A DNA stretch of 34,282 nt from Candidatus Hydrogenedentota bacterium (GTDB taxonomy: Bacteria > Hydrogenedentota > Hydrogenedentia > Hydrogenedentales > GCA-2746185). The DNA lies in assembly GCA_046583315.1 (NCBI GenBank), contig JAYGCN010000102.1, positions 1 through 34,282 of the forward strand. The letters run 5' to 3'. Made by a program: the position numbers and the translations under genes. Below, piece by piece: positions 9,047 through 17,153 of the stretch. The notes beneath the pieces were generated by a model. It saw nothing but the letters and a program-made list of their open reading frames with translations. It ran no database searches and had not been told where the DNA came from. Every line of letters starts with the position of its first letter. The first letter of the stretch is position 1.

Positions 9047-9868
9047 TTATCTTTTATCTTTGACGAGAGGTGGGCGCTCGGAAAGGCGGTCGACGTAAGG
9101 GATTTGGCTGGGGGAAACTACGCCTATATCGGTCGCGCCGTATTCAATATCCGGCACCGGCGTGGTGCGTTCGATTCGAACACTCGCAAGAATACGATCG
9201 GCAATCGCCTCTGCCTCGTTATACCAAAGTAAATGCTTCTTTCCGTCCGGATCCCTCTGGTAGGTGTTGTTCATAAAGAGGACGTATATAGTAAGAAAAT
9301 GAGTATCGTCTAATGGATAGGTAAATAATTCTTCGGCTTCAGGATTTCGAATTCCATTAGGCGGGCCTTGCGGGTAATCACTCACCAACCATTTAGGACC
9401 ATTTTCCGAAAAGCGTAATACATGCTTAAAGCGTATCGGCGTGTACGGTATCTTACGACGCTCTGAACCCCACGTTCTCTGAAATCCATTTCGGTTTTTT
9501 TGGTCAACTAGTTTTTTTATCGATCTCTCGCCAACGGTTTTCTCAATAGGATGTACAACGATATCCGCCCCAATCCCCATATGTCCCGCAACGCTTCTAG
9601 TGGGCCTCCAGTCCCATGCCATATATGAAAACACGATTTTCTTGCCGATGGGATGGTATATCGATTTGTCGTATATGTCCAGATGATCAATGGAGCGTGA
9701 TCTGGGATATAAGTAACCACTACTGGGCGCCGTAAAAACAAGCGTGTTATCAGAAAGCTGGAAGCTATAATCCTGCCACTCGCTGAAATCAGGCACTTCG
9801 GTCTTTGGGAGACTGATACACCCCTCAAGAACGAACAAGAGCGGTATTAAGAAATACTTTGTCTTCAT
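9047..9868 (-). CDS. Hypothetical lipoprotein
   Basis: MKTKYFLIPLLFVLEGC signal peptide with lipobox-like LEGC; AGGAG RBS; visibly AT-richer than its neighbours. Confidence 0.65.
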   Translation of the reverse strand: MKTKYFLIPLLFVLEGCISLPKTEVPDFSEWQDYSFQLSDNTLVFTAPSSGYLYPRSRSIDHLDIYDKSIYHPIGKKIVFSYMAWDWRPTRSVAGHMGIGADIVVHPIEKTVGERSIKKLVDQKNRNGFQRTWGSERRKIPYTPIRFKHVLRFSENGPKWLVSDYPQGPPNGIRNPEAEELFTYPLDDTHFLTIYVLFMNNTYQRDPDGKKHLLWYNEAEAIADRILASVRIERTTPVPDIEYGATDIGVVSPSQIPYVDRLSERPPLVKDKR

Positions 9869-9881
9869 CCTGATCTCCTAC

Positions 9882-10670
9882 CTAGAATTCTTCGCCCGCG
9901 AACATCCCGAGAATGTTGTAGCCGCTGTCTACGTGGTGGACTTCGCCGGTTACGCCGGAGGACATGTCTGAGAGGAGATAGAGTGTGGACTGTGCAACTT
10001 CGTCTTGGCTGATGTTGCGTCGCAGGGGCGCGTTGTCGGCTGTTTTGCGCAACATCATTTTGAAGCCGGAGATGGCGGCCGAGGAGAGGGTGCGAACGGG
10101 ACCGGCACTGACGCAGTTGACGCGAATGCTGGCGGGGCCGAGGTCAGCGGCGAGGTATTTCGCGGTGGCTTCGAGTGTTGACTTGGCGACGCCCATGATG
10201 TTGTAGTGTGGCATGACTTTTTCTGCGCCGTAGTAGGTCATCGCGACGATGCTGCCGCCGTTGGTCATTAAGGCTTCGGCTTCGCGGGCGAGTCCGAGCA
10301 AGGAGTATGCGGAAATATCGATGGCCATGTGATAATTGTCGCGCGATGTATTGAGGAAGCGACCCGAAAGGTCGTCTTTGTCTGCAAAAGCGATGGAGTG
10401 GACGAGGAAATCGAGTGAGTCCCAGCGATTCTTCACCTCCCCGAAAAAGGCGGTGATGTCGTCATCGCTAGTGACATCGCATGGATGACACGTCGCGCTG
10501 GGCAAGCCTTCGAGCAACTTGCGCACGCGTTTCTCCTGAGCATCGCCCAGGTAGGTGAAAATCAGTTCTGCGCCTTGTTCCGCGCAGGCTTTCGCGCATC
10601 CCCAGGCGATCGAACGCTCGTTGGCGACACCCGTGATGATGCCTCGTTTTCCCTCTAACAATTTTGCCAT
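9882..10670 (-). CDS. fabI: Enoyl-ACP reductase
   Basis: ITGVANERSIAWG, DFLVHSIAFA, YNIMGVAK (YxxxxxxK), SAGPVRTL, TGEVHHVDSG; GGAG RBS before ATG 10670. Confidence 0.95.
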   Translation of the reverse strand: MAKLLEGKRGIITGVANERSIAWGCAKACAEQGAELIFTYLGDAQEKRVRKLLEGLPSATCHPCDVTSDDDITAFFGEVKNRWDSLDFLVHSIAFADKDDLSGRFLNTSRDNYHMAIDISAYSLLGLAREAEALMTNGGSIVAMTYYGAEKVMPHYNIMGVAKSTLEATAKYLAADLGPASIRVNCVSAGPVRTLSSAAISGFKMMLRKTADNAPLRRNISQDEVAQSTLYLLSDMSSGVTGEVHHVDSGYNILGMFAGEEF

Positions 10671-10868
10671 GTAGGTCTCCATTCGGTCTAAAGCTCGATA
10701 ACGGCCCTAGTGTACCCGTCAATCCTCGCGAAAGTCTATGCCAATTCGCGTGCGCATGGCCCGCATACCTAAGAAGGGCGATTCGCGCTGGGTTGATTCA
10801 GTCAACAATAAACAACTAAAGTATACGGCTACTTGAAACCACCTGAGAAGGTTAAAGGAACTCGATCC

Positions 10869-11798
10869 ATGGCAGAAATGAATCCGGGCAAGATGGCCTA
10901 TTTTGAAGGGGAATATGTTCCCACGGCCGACGCCCAGGTGAGCATATTGACACACGCGTTCAACTACGGGACTGGCATATTCGAAGGCATTCGTGGGTAC
11001 TACAACAAAGACGAGGACAACATCCTTATCTTCCGCCTGTGGGAGCATATTGATCGGCTGGTGCGTAATTGCAATGTCATGTGCATGGATATCCCGGAAT
11101 CCCACAAAGACCTCGAAGACATTTGCATCAAGCTTGTCAAGGAGAGTGGTTTTCGCGAGGACGTCTACATCCGTCCGATCGTGTACAAAAGCGAGCATTC
11201 TCTGGGACCCAAACTCCACGGAATCACCTCGAAATTTTGCTGCTGGACCATCGCTCTGGGGGATTACGTCGACGTCGAATCCGGTCTGGATGTCGCGGTG
11301 TCCTCGTGGCGACGACTATCGGACAACGCTATCCCCAGTCGCGTGAAGTCGACCGGAAGTTACGTCAACTCCGCGTTGAGCCGTAGCGAGTCCGAGCAGA
11401 ACGGTTTTGATGAAGCTATTGTCCTTCGTGAAGATGGCACGGTATCCGAAGGCAGCGCAATGAATATCTTTATGGTTCTCGATGATCAACTTATCACGCC
11501 TCCGCCAACGGCCGACATTTTAATCGGCATCACGCGTAACACGGTCATGGAACTTGCCCGCGAAGAACTCGGTATGGAAGTCATCGAGCGACCTATTTCG
11601 CGTACGGAGTTGTATGTCTGCGACGAATTGTTCTTTACCGGTACCGGCGCGCAGGTCGCCCCGGTCCGCTCCGTTGATCGGCGACTCATCGGCGACGGAA
11701 AACCCGGTACCCGCTCCAAGGAACTTCAAACGATCTACTTCGACGTTGTTCAAGGAAAGGTCGAAAAATATCGCGATTGGTGTACACCTGTTTTCTAA
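10869..11798 (+). CDS. ilvE: Branched-chain amino acid aminotransferase
   Basis: HAFNYGTGIFEGIR, YIRP, VKSTGSYVNS, SEGSAMNIF, ILIGITR, FFTGTGAQV; AAAGGAA RBS. Confidence 0.92.
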   Translation: MAEMNPGKMAYFEGEYVPTADAQVSILTHAFNYGTGIFEGIRGYYNKDEDNILIFRLWEHIDRLVRNCNVMCMDIPESHKDLEDICIKLVKESGFREDVYIRPIVYKSEHSLGPKLHGITSKFCCWTIALGDYVDVESGLDVAVSSWRRLSDNAIPSRVKSTGSYVNSALSRSESEQNGFDEAIVLREDGTVSEGSAMNIFMVLDDQLITPPPTADILIGITRNTVMELAREELGMEVIERPISRTELYVCDELFFTGTGAQVAPVRSVDRRLIGDGKPGTRSKELQTIYFDVVQGKVEKYRDWCTPVF

Positions 11799-11825
11799 GG
11801 CATCAAACCAGGAATCGAAGATCAC

Positions 11826-12503
11826 ATGAGTACTTCTGAATCCTCAGACCTCGAACTATGCGAACTGATTTGCGACATTGGTCGACGCTTGTACGACAAG
11901 AATCTCGTGTCGGCCACGGACGGCAACATCAGCGTACGGCTCGGTGAGGATCGCTTTCTCGTGACACCCAGTGGTGTCTCCAAAGGATTCATGCAACCGG
12001 AAGATCTGGTGATCGCAGATGGTGCTGCTGGAAAGATCGAAGGTGAGGGAGAAGTATCCTCCGAATTCTTCACGCATCTCGCGGCCTATGAAGAGCGCCC
12101 GGACATCCAGGCCGTCGTACACGCGCACCCTCCGAAGGCGGTCGGTTTCACGCTAGCCGGACAACCGCTGACGGACTATCTGTTGCCGGAAGTGGTTTTT
12201 GCTGTCGGGGGGATTCCTACGGCGGACTATTCCACGCCCGCGAGTAAGGAAGGCGCAGTGGTGATTCGAGCGCTAATTCGGGAGTGCGACGCTCTTCTGC
12301 TGGACCGTCATGGAGCGATTACAGTCGGCGATGACCTGCTCGATGCCTACTACAAAATGGAAAAAATCGAGCACGCAGCCGAGTCCATTTTGACGGCCCG
12401 ATTGCTAGGTAGCCCCAAAAAGCTGAACGCTGAACAAATAGTGAAACTATTCGCGAGCCGCGAGGATTATGGTGGAAAAGGAAAGATTTATCCGGAGTCC
12501 TAG
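11826..12503 (+). CDS. Class II aldolase/adducin family protein (FucA-like)
   Basis: DGNIS, VTPSG, SSE...H, HAHP and RHG zinc-binding histidines. Confidence 0.9.
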   Translation: MSTSESSDLELCELICDIGRRLYDKNLVSATDGNISVRLGEDRFLVTPSGVSKGFMQPEDLVIADGAAGKIEGEGEVSSEFFTHLAAYEERPDIQAVVHAHPPKAVGFTLAGQPLTDYLLPEVVFAVGGIPTADYSTPASKEGAVVIRALIRECDALLLDRHGAITVGDDLLDAYYKMEKIEHAAESILTARLLGSPKKLNAEQIVKLFASREDYGGKGKIYPES

Positions 12504-12556
12504 ACGGGTGTCTTCTAAGTAGTTGCAAAATAAGCGCTTAGAGTTGAAAATGATTG

Positions 12557-12585
12557 TTGACAATGGCGATTTTTTTGCCTACAAT
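12557..12585 (+). promoter_or_regulatory. Near-consensus sigma70 promoter
   Basis: TTGACA-17nt-TACAAT. Confidence 0.75.
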
Positions 12586-12685
12586 TAGTAGTAGAACAAC
12601 GTGAGAATGAATAATCTGGGTAGGTTGGTTGTACGTATATCTAGGTGGGGATTATAACCGAGGCGTTATTATCGGGAGCGATACT

Positions 12686-13675
12686 GTGAGTGATGAGATG
12701 AAAACGCCAGAAAAAAGTAGAACCTGTCCGAGTTGTCGCACGGAAATCAGCGTGCTGGCCACGAAATGCAAATTCTGTGGCGAGATCGTTGGTAAACCCA
12801 AAGAAGAAACCCGCAGTCTATCGATAAATGATCTCGGTGGCGAGAATACACAACATCGTGCGATTTCCAGTAGTGTCATGGATGCACTTGAATCGTTTCG
12901 AATTGAAGACGCGAAAGATGGTTCGGACGTTGACGGCTTTGGCGGTATTGATGATTTCGACGTTCCGGGTGGCGACGGTGGTCAAATGGACTATAATCGT
13001 TCTCCGCTTGGAGGTGCCGCTCCTGCACCACCGCCCGCGTCCGGTGGAATTCGTATTGGAACTATCGCAAAAATTGCTGCATTGGTAGTGGTGATAGCCG
13101 TGGTGGCGATTAAGGCCCCGGGTTTTCTGAATAACATGCAGGAAAACGATGCCCCCGCGAAGGAAACTACCTATCGGAATCAAGCCCCCAGTATTTATGC
13201 ATCGACAGGCGATCCGCTCCAGGCGCTAGAGGCCGCTATTACGGCTACCAATGAGGATCCCAGCCCCGCGAACACGAAGATTGCCGACGATATGCTTGAT
13301 GCGGTGGTCGATAAAGTACAGGGGTTGCTTGACGCTGATCCATGGGACAAGACCAAACTGCGAGATGCTTCACGAATCACAAATCAGGCAGCTCAGATTC
13401 ATCCCCATCGACGTGTGATTGATATTCGGGATGAGGTTGACCAGGAGAACGCCGATTACTCCATGATTCTCGTGAAAATCGATGCCAAATTACAAAGAGC
13501 CGAGTTCAAATTGGTAGGAGTCTCTGGTAAGCCCATCGTCTATGCAAAAATCAATGAAGATGTCGGCGGGCGCTTTCAGGTTGTCGGCATGTCAGGAAGC
13601 TCTTCGCTGATGCTTGAAGATGCAAAGCGCAATGGACGCCTCATCAACGTACAAGCCATGCGCAGTCTCAAATAA
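12686..13675 (+). CDS. Zinc-ribbon-containing single-pass membrane protein
   Basis: CPSC-x10-CKFC, an acidic/Gly/Pro linker and one TM (IAALVVVIAVVAI); GGGAG RBS before GTG 12686. Confidence 0.7.
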   Translation: MSDEMKTPEKSRTCPSCRTEISVLATKCKFCGEIVGKPKEETRSLSINDLGGENTQHRAISSSVMDALESFRIEDAKDGSDVDGFGGIDDFDVPGGDGGQMDYNRSPLGGAAPAPPPASGGIRIGTIAKIAALVVVIAVVAIKAPGFLNNMQENDAPAKETTYRNQAPSIYASTGDPLQALEAAITATNEDPSPANTKIADDMLDAVVDKVQGLLDADPWDKTKLRDASRITNQAAQIHPHRRVIDIRDEVDQENADYSMILVKIDAKLQRAEFKLVGVSGKPIVYAKINEDVGGRFQVVGMSGSSSLMLEDAKRNGRLINVQAMRSLK

Positions 13676-13708
13676 ATCTTCACATTTTGATCCGAAACGT
13701 GATATACC

Positions 13709-13744
13709 ATACTCCTGCATCGTCACGGCGCAGGAGTATTTTTT
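13709..13744 (+). terminator. Intrinsic terminator
   Basis: ATACTCCTGC/GCAGGAGTAT 10-bp stem followed by a T run. Confidence 0.6.
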
Positions 13745-13758
13745 GCTAAGGGGGCATC

Positions 13759-14364
13759 ATGTATCGAAATCTCGCTATACGGGTCATTATCGTTTGCACT
13801 ATCGTTGCGACCACTTCCGGCTGCGCGATGTTCCGCTTCGGTGGAAGTTCATCGGATTCAGGCTTCACCGGCACAACCATCAGCGATTTCGAACGGGATG
13901 CGAAACTTCGCGAACTCATTGACCGCTCTCTCCGAGACGCACAGCGCGCCGACACGCCTGGCGCGGCGGAGCTTGTTTTTCGCCGTCCGTATTACTACCG
14001 GGAGTATGTCAACTATTCGGACGGCGTGGAGGAGTACGATGTGGAAACCATTGCGTCGGATTCGCGCATCACACCCTATACTGCGCAGGTTCGACTGAAC
14101 AAGGAACGGTTTACAACACGATTCGACAAAAAGAAGGATCGCGCGCGCTCCAACTCCAATTTCTATGCTTCGCGCGGTCACGAAACGCGTTCGTATGAAT
14201 TACGTCACGGGCGCTGGCGCGAGACCGGAACGCTCTTTATCGCAGAAGAAACCGACGATACCCTGAAGCGGGACACCCCGGAGTTCGATGAGGTGCTTCT
14301 TGGTGGTGGCGCTTCGGACGAATCAAAAGGTTTCTGGAATCGCCTGCTCTTCTGGCGCGATTGA
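13759..14364 (+). CDS. Hypothetical lipoprotein
   Basis: Signal peptide ending TSGC; AAGGGGG RBS. Confidence 0.7.
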   Translation: MYRNLAIRVIIVCTIVATTSGCAMFRFGGSSSDSGFTGTTISDFERDAKLRELIDRSLRDAQRADTPGAAELVFRRPYYYREYVNYSDGVEEYDVETIASDSRITPYTAQVRLNKERFTTRFDKKKDRARSNSNFYASRGHETRSYELRHGRWRETGTLFIAEETDDTLKRDTPEFDEVLLGGGASDESKGFWNRLLFWRD

Positions 14365-14379
14365 GTCGGGGACAGGCCC

Positions 14380-15666
14380 TTGGAAGCCTCCACTAAATCG
14401 GTGTATCAACGCTGGGCGGCCGGATTCATCATACTCGCCGCAGCGGCCTGGTCCACATGGGGTGCCCTTCACCCCTTCTCAGGAGATACCACCAACAGCC
14501 GCATGGCCACCGTATACGCACTCGTACACGACGGTACCTGGCAGATTGATGCCGCCGAAACGGGAAACCCCTTCGCGAACCGCACGGTGGACAAAGTGAA
14601 AGTCGACGGCAAGTTGTACTCCAGCAAACCCCCCGTGATGCCACTCATGATGACGGTCCATTACTGGGTGCTCCACCGCATCGCCAATTTCGACCTCGAC
14701 AGGGAGGGGGACAGGCTGGCCCTACTCAAGATTCAGGTCATCACCTTTATTACGATTCCCTTCGCCCTGGCGGGATTCGCTTTTTACTTCCTGCTGCGAA
14801 GTTATGCCTTGGGGACTGGTGCCACATTGATACCAATCATCGCGCTGATGTCCGGCACTGAATATGCCGGGTACGCAGCGGCCATGAACAACCACGTGCC
14901 CGCGACCGCATGTCTTATCGGGGCATTTGCAGTGTTTCGCTGCGTGGACGAAAAAAAGAATGTTCAAACAGGTATTATCTGTGCCCTTGCAGGATTGTGC
15001 CTGGGGCTGTCCGTCGTCATCGATTTACCGTCGGCAATTTTCGTCGTCGTGCTCGCAATCGCCTTTGTTTCCAAGTTCTCACGGCAAAACATCGCCTGGG
15101 CAGTAGCGGCCGCGAGTATTCCACTTATCGTGCATTGCGCCATCATGATTTCGTTACATGGCAGTCCCGTGCCCTTCCAGATGAACCACGAGTATTACAT
15201 GTACGAAGAGTCGTATTGGCGCGACCCCTACGGGGTAGACGGACTCAATCATCCGTGGGGCCTCTATTTGTTCAACATGACCATTGGTCGGGTAGGCGTC
15301 TTTTTACTGTATCCCGTTATGGTTATTGGCCTTATGGAGCTATTGTTCCGCGAAAAGGGTAGAGACCGAAGGCAATCACTTTGGAATGCTTCGATCTTGG
15401 CCGCGTTTCTCATTCTTGTGCTCTATTATCTGACGGGCACAAACAACTACGGCGGGGCCTCTTACGGATTTCGCTGGTTCATTATCATTACGCCGTTTTT
15501 CCTCGTTGGAGCCGCGCAAGCCGTCGACCGAATTGCCAATACTCCGGGACGAATTGTCGTCTGGATTGCCCTCGCCATCTCGATTGCGTCCGCTATCCAG
15601 TGCCGCAATAATCTCTGGTCGGTGAATCACGAGTGGCCCACTCAACTTTTTGGCCCACTGGTATAG
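14380..15666 (+). CDS. Polytopic membrane protein, putative GT-C glycosyltransferase-like
   Basis: Many TM helices, first external loop with acidic residues and YSSKPP, late GGASYGFRW motif. Family assignment is by resemblance only. Confidence 0.55.
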   Translation: MEASTKSVYQRWAAGFIILAAAAWSTWGALHPFSGDTTNSRMATVYALVHDGTWQIDAAETGNPFANRTVDKVKVDGKLYSSKPPVMPLMMTVHYWVLHRIANFDLDREGDRLALLKIQVITFITIPFALAGFAFYFLLRSYALGTGATLIPIIALMSGTEYAGYAAAMNNHVPATACLIGAFAVFRCVDEKKNVQTGIICALAGLCLGLSVVIDLPSAIFVVVLAIAFVSKFSRQNIAWAVAAASIPLIVHCAIMISLHGSPVPFQMNHEYYMYEESYWRDPYGVDGLNHPWGLYLFNMTIGRVGVFLLYPVMVIGLMELLFREKGRDRRQSLWNASILAAFLILVLYYLTGTNNYGGASYGFRWFIIITPFFLVGAAQAVDRIANTPGRIVVWIALAISIASAIQCRNNLWSVNHEWPTQLFGPLV

Positions 15667-15728
15667 TGTTTCGAATTTAGTTTCAAAACTCACTAATAGC
15701 GGATCGAAGCGCAGTGGGAATGCAGATG

Positions 15729-15744
15729 TGTTTCGCGTGAAACA
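15729..15744. other. parS-like centromere site
   Basis: TGTTTCGCGTGAAACA, 15/16 identical to TGTTTCACGTGAAACA, in an intergenic region. Confidence 0.6.
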
Positions 15745-15791
15745 CATAGAATAGGCTTCATTTTGTAGTTGATGTTTGATATTAGGATCGC

Positions 15792-17111
15792 ATGAGTACA
15801 CGAATTCTCAGTCGAATGCTGATCGTAGCCGGGCTCCTGGGGCTCGGATACCAGACGTGCGTCTATTTCGCTCCGGCCTGGTTCCAGCGTGACGTCATCG
15901 TCACTCGGACGGCATACGATATGATCACGCATACCGCCTCGTATTCTGCTGAGCATTCGGGGCAGAACATCGCGCTGACGATCGAAATCGACAGTGACCC
16001 GATTGCACCTGGACCCGACGATAAAATCAGTGTAGAGGAAGACGGCGAGCAGCGGGAGTATGCCGCGCAGCCGGGCGAGACGGTCGAAGCGGATGGAAGT
16101 CAGTACACGATAGACATCGTGCGACCCTGGACGGGAATTCTCCGGGATCCGGCTGGTGAAGCACTGGTCGAGATATCCCTAGCCAAAGATGACGAGCCCT
16201 GGGTGGAGAACCTGGTATTGAACGCGCGCTCGGAGGTGAGCCTGGACGCACTTGAAGTAAGGTTTCGTTCAAGTCTGGACGAATCCGTGCCGGAAACGAT
16301 GGCTGAATCGAGTTCCGCACCGCGTTGGGGCATACAAGAGGGTCAGAACACTATATGGTTCGATAATTTGCTTGCCGGTGCCGGTGCTGAAACGAGCGAC
16401 GGGGTGGGATACACGCTGGTGCAATACCGCGCCCAGGACACCCCGTCCCCCGGAACAGAAGCCGCGATTCGGGTGTCCATTGAAGAAAACGGATCCACCG
16501 AGCACGTCGTGGTTTCGCCATCGCGCCCCCATGACGTGATTCGCTTCGAGGTGCCCAAGCGTGAAAGCATCTATCTGACCATCACGGCGCGTGGGCAGGA
16601 TGGTGCAGCAGGCCGCCTCGGATCGGCAATTTCTTCCTTATCGCTACCCAAAGGCTATGCGGTGGAGTTGCCAGGCAAGGTGTATCGCATTCGCGTGGAT
16701 GAAATTTTGCCGAGTGGGGCATCAGTCTCTGCGGAACAATCGACATTCTATGAGGTCGTGCTGTCCAACGGCGATCGTCGGATTCAGGTGCGTCAGGGCG
16801 AGGCCGTTCGTATTGGTGATGCCGTGTTTCGCTATGCACTTGATGCTTCGCAGGTGACGCAACGGTATCACGTAGTATCCGACCTTTACATGAATGCCAC
16901 TGCGATGCTCAACGAAGAAGACGTTTTAGTTCTCTCGAACAGCAAAGGAAGCTATTCGGGCGCACTCGATGCCGTTCGTGGGGGAGACGACATCGTTTTT
17001 GTATTTACGCCCAAGCCAAGGCTCTTGATGGTGATCGTATCCACGCTTCTCATCGTATCCGGTATCGCGCTGCGCCGATCCAGGGCGACCGACCTTTCAT
17101 CGGAGCACTGA
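15792..17111 (+). CDS. Hypothetical protein with N- and C-terminal membrane anchors
   Basis: 439-aa ORF with hydrophobic segments at both ends around an acidic, beta-rich-looking core; AGGA RBS. Confidence 0.65.
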   Translation: MSTRILSRMLIVAGLLGLGYQTCVYFAPAWFQRDVIVTRTAYDMITHTASYSAEHSGQNIALTIEIDSDPIAPGPDDKISVEEDGEQREYAAQPGETVEADGSQYTIDIVRPWTGILRDPAGEALVEISLAKDDEPWVENLVLNARSEVSLDALEVRFRSSLDESVPETMAESSSAPRWGIQEGQNTIWFDNLLAGAGAETSDGVGYTLVQYRAQDTPSPGTEAAIRVSIEENGSTEHVVVSPSRPHDVIRFEVPKRESIYLTITARGQDGAAGRLGSAISSLSLPKGYAVELPGKVYRIRVDEILPSGASVSAEQSTFYEVVLSNGDRRIQVRQGEAVRIGDAVFRYALDASQVTQRYHVVSDLYMNATAMLNEEDVLVLSNSKGSYSGALDAVRGGDDIVFVFTPKPRLLMVIVSTLLIVSGIALRRSRATDLSSEH

Positions 17112-17153
17112 TTTCCTTATAATTCGGGTTTTGACGAGGAAAATGCTTTACCT

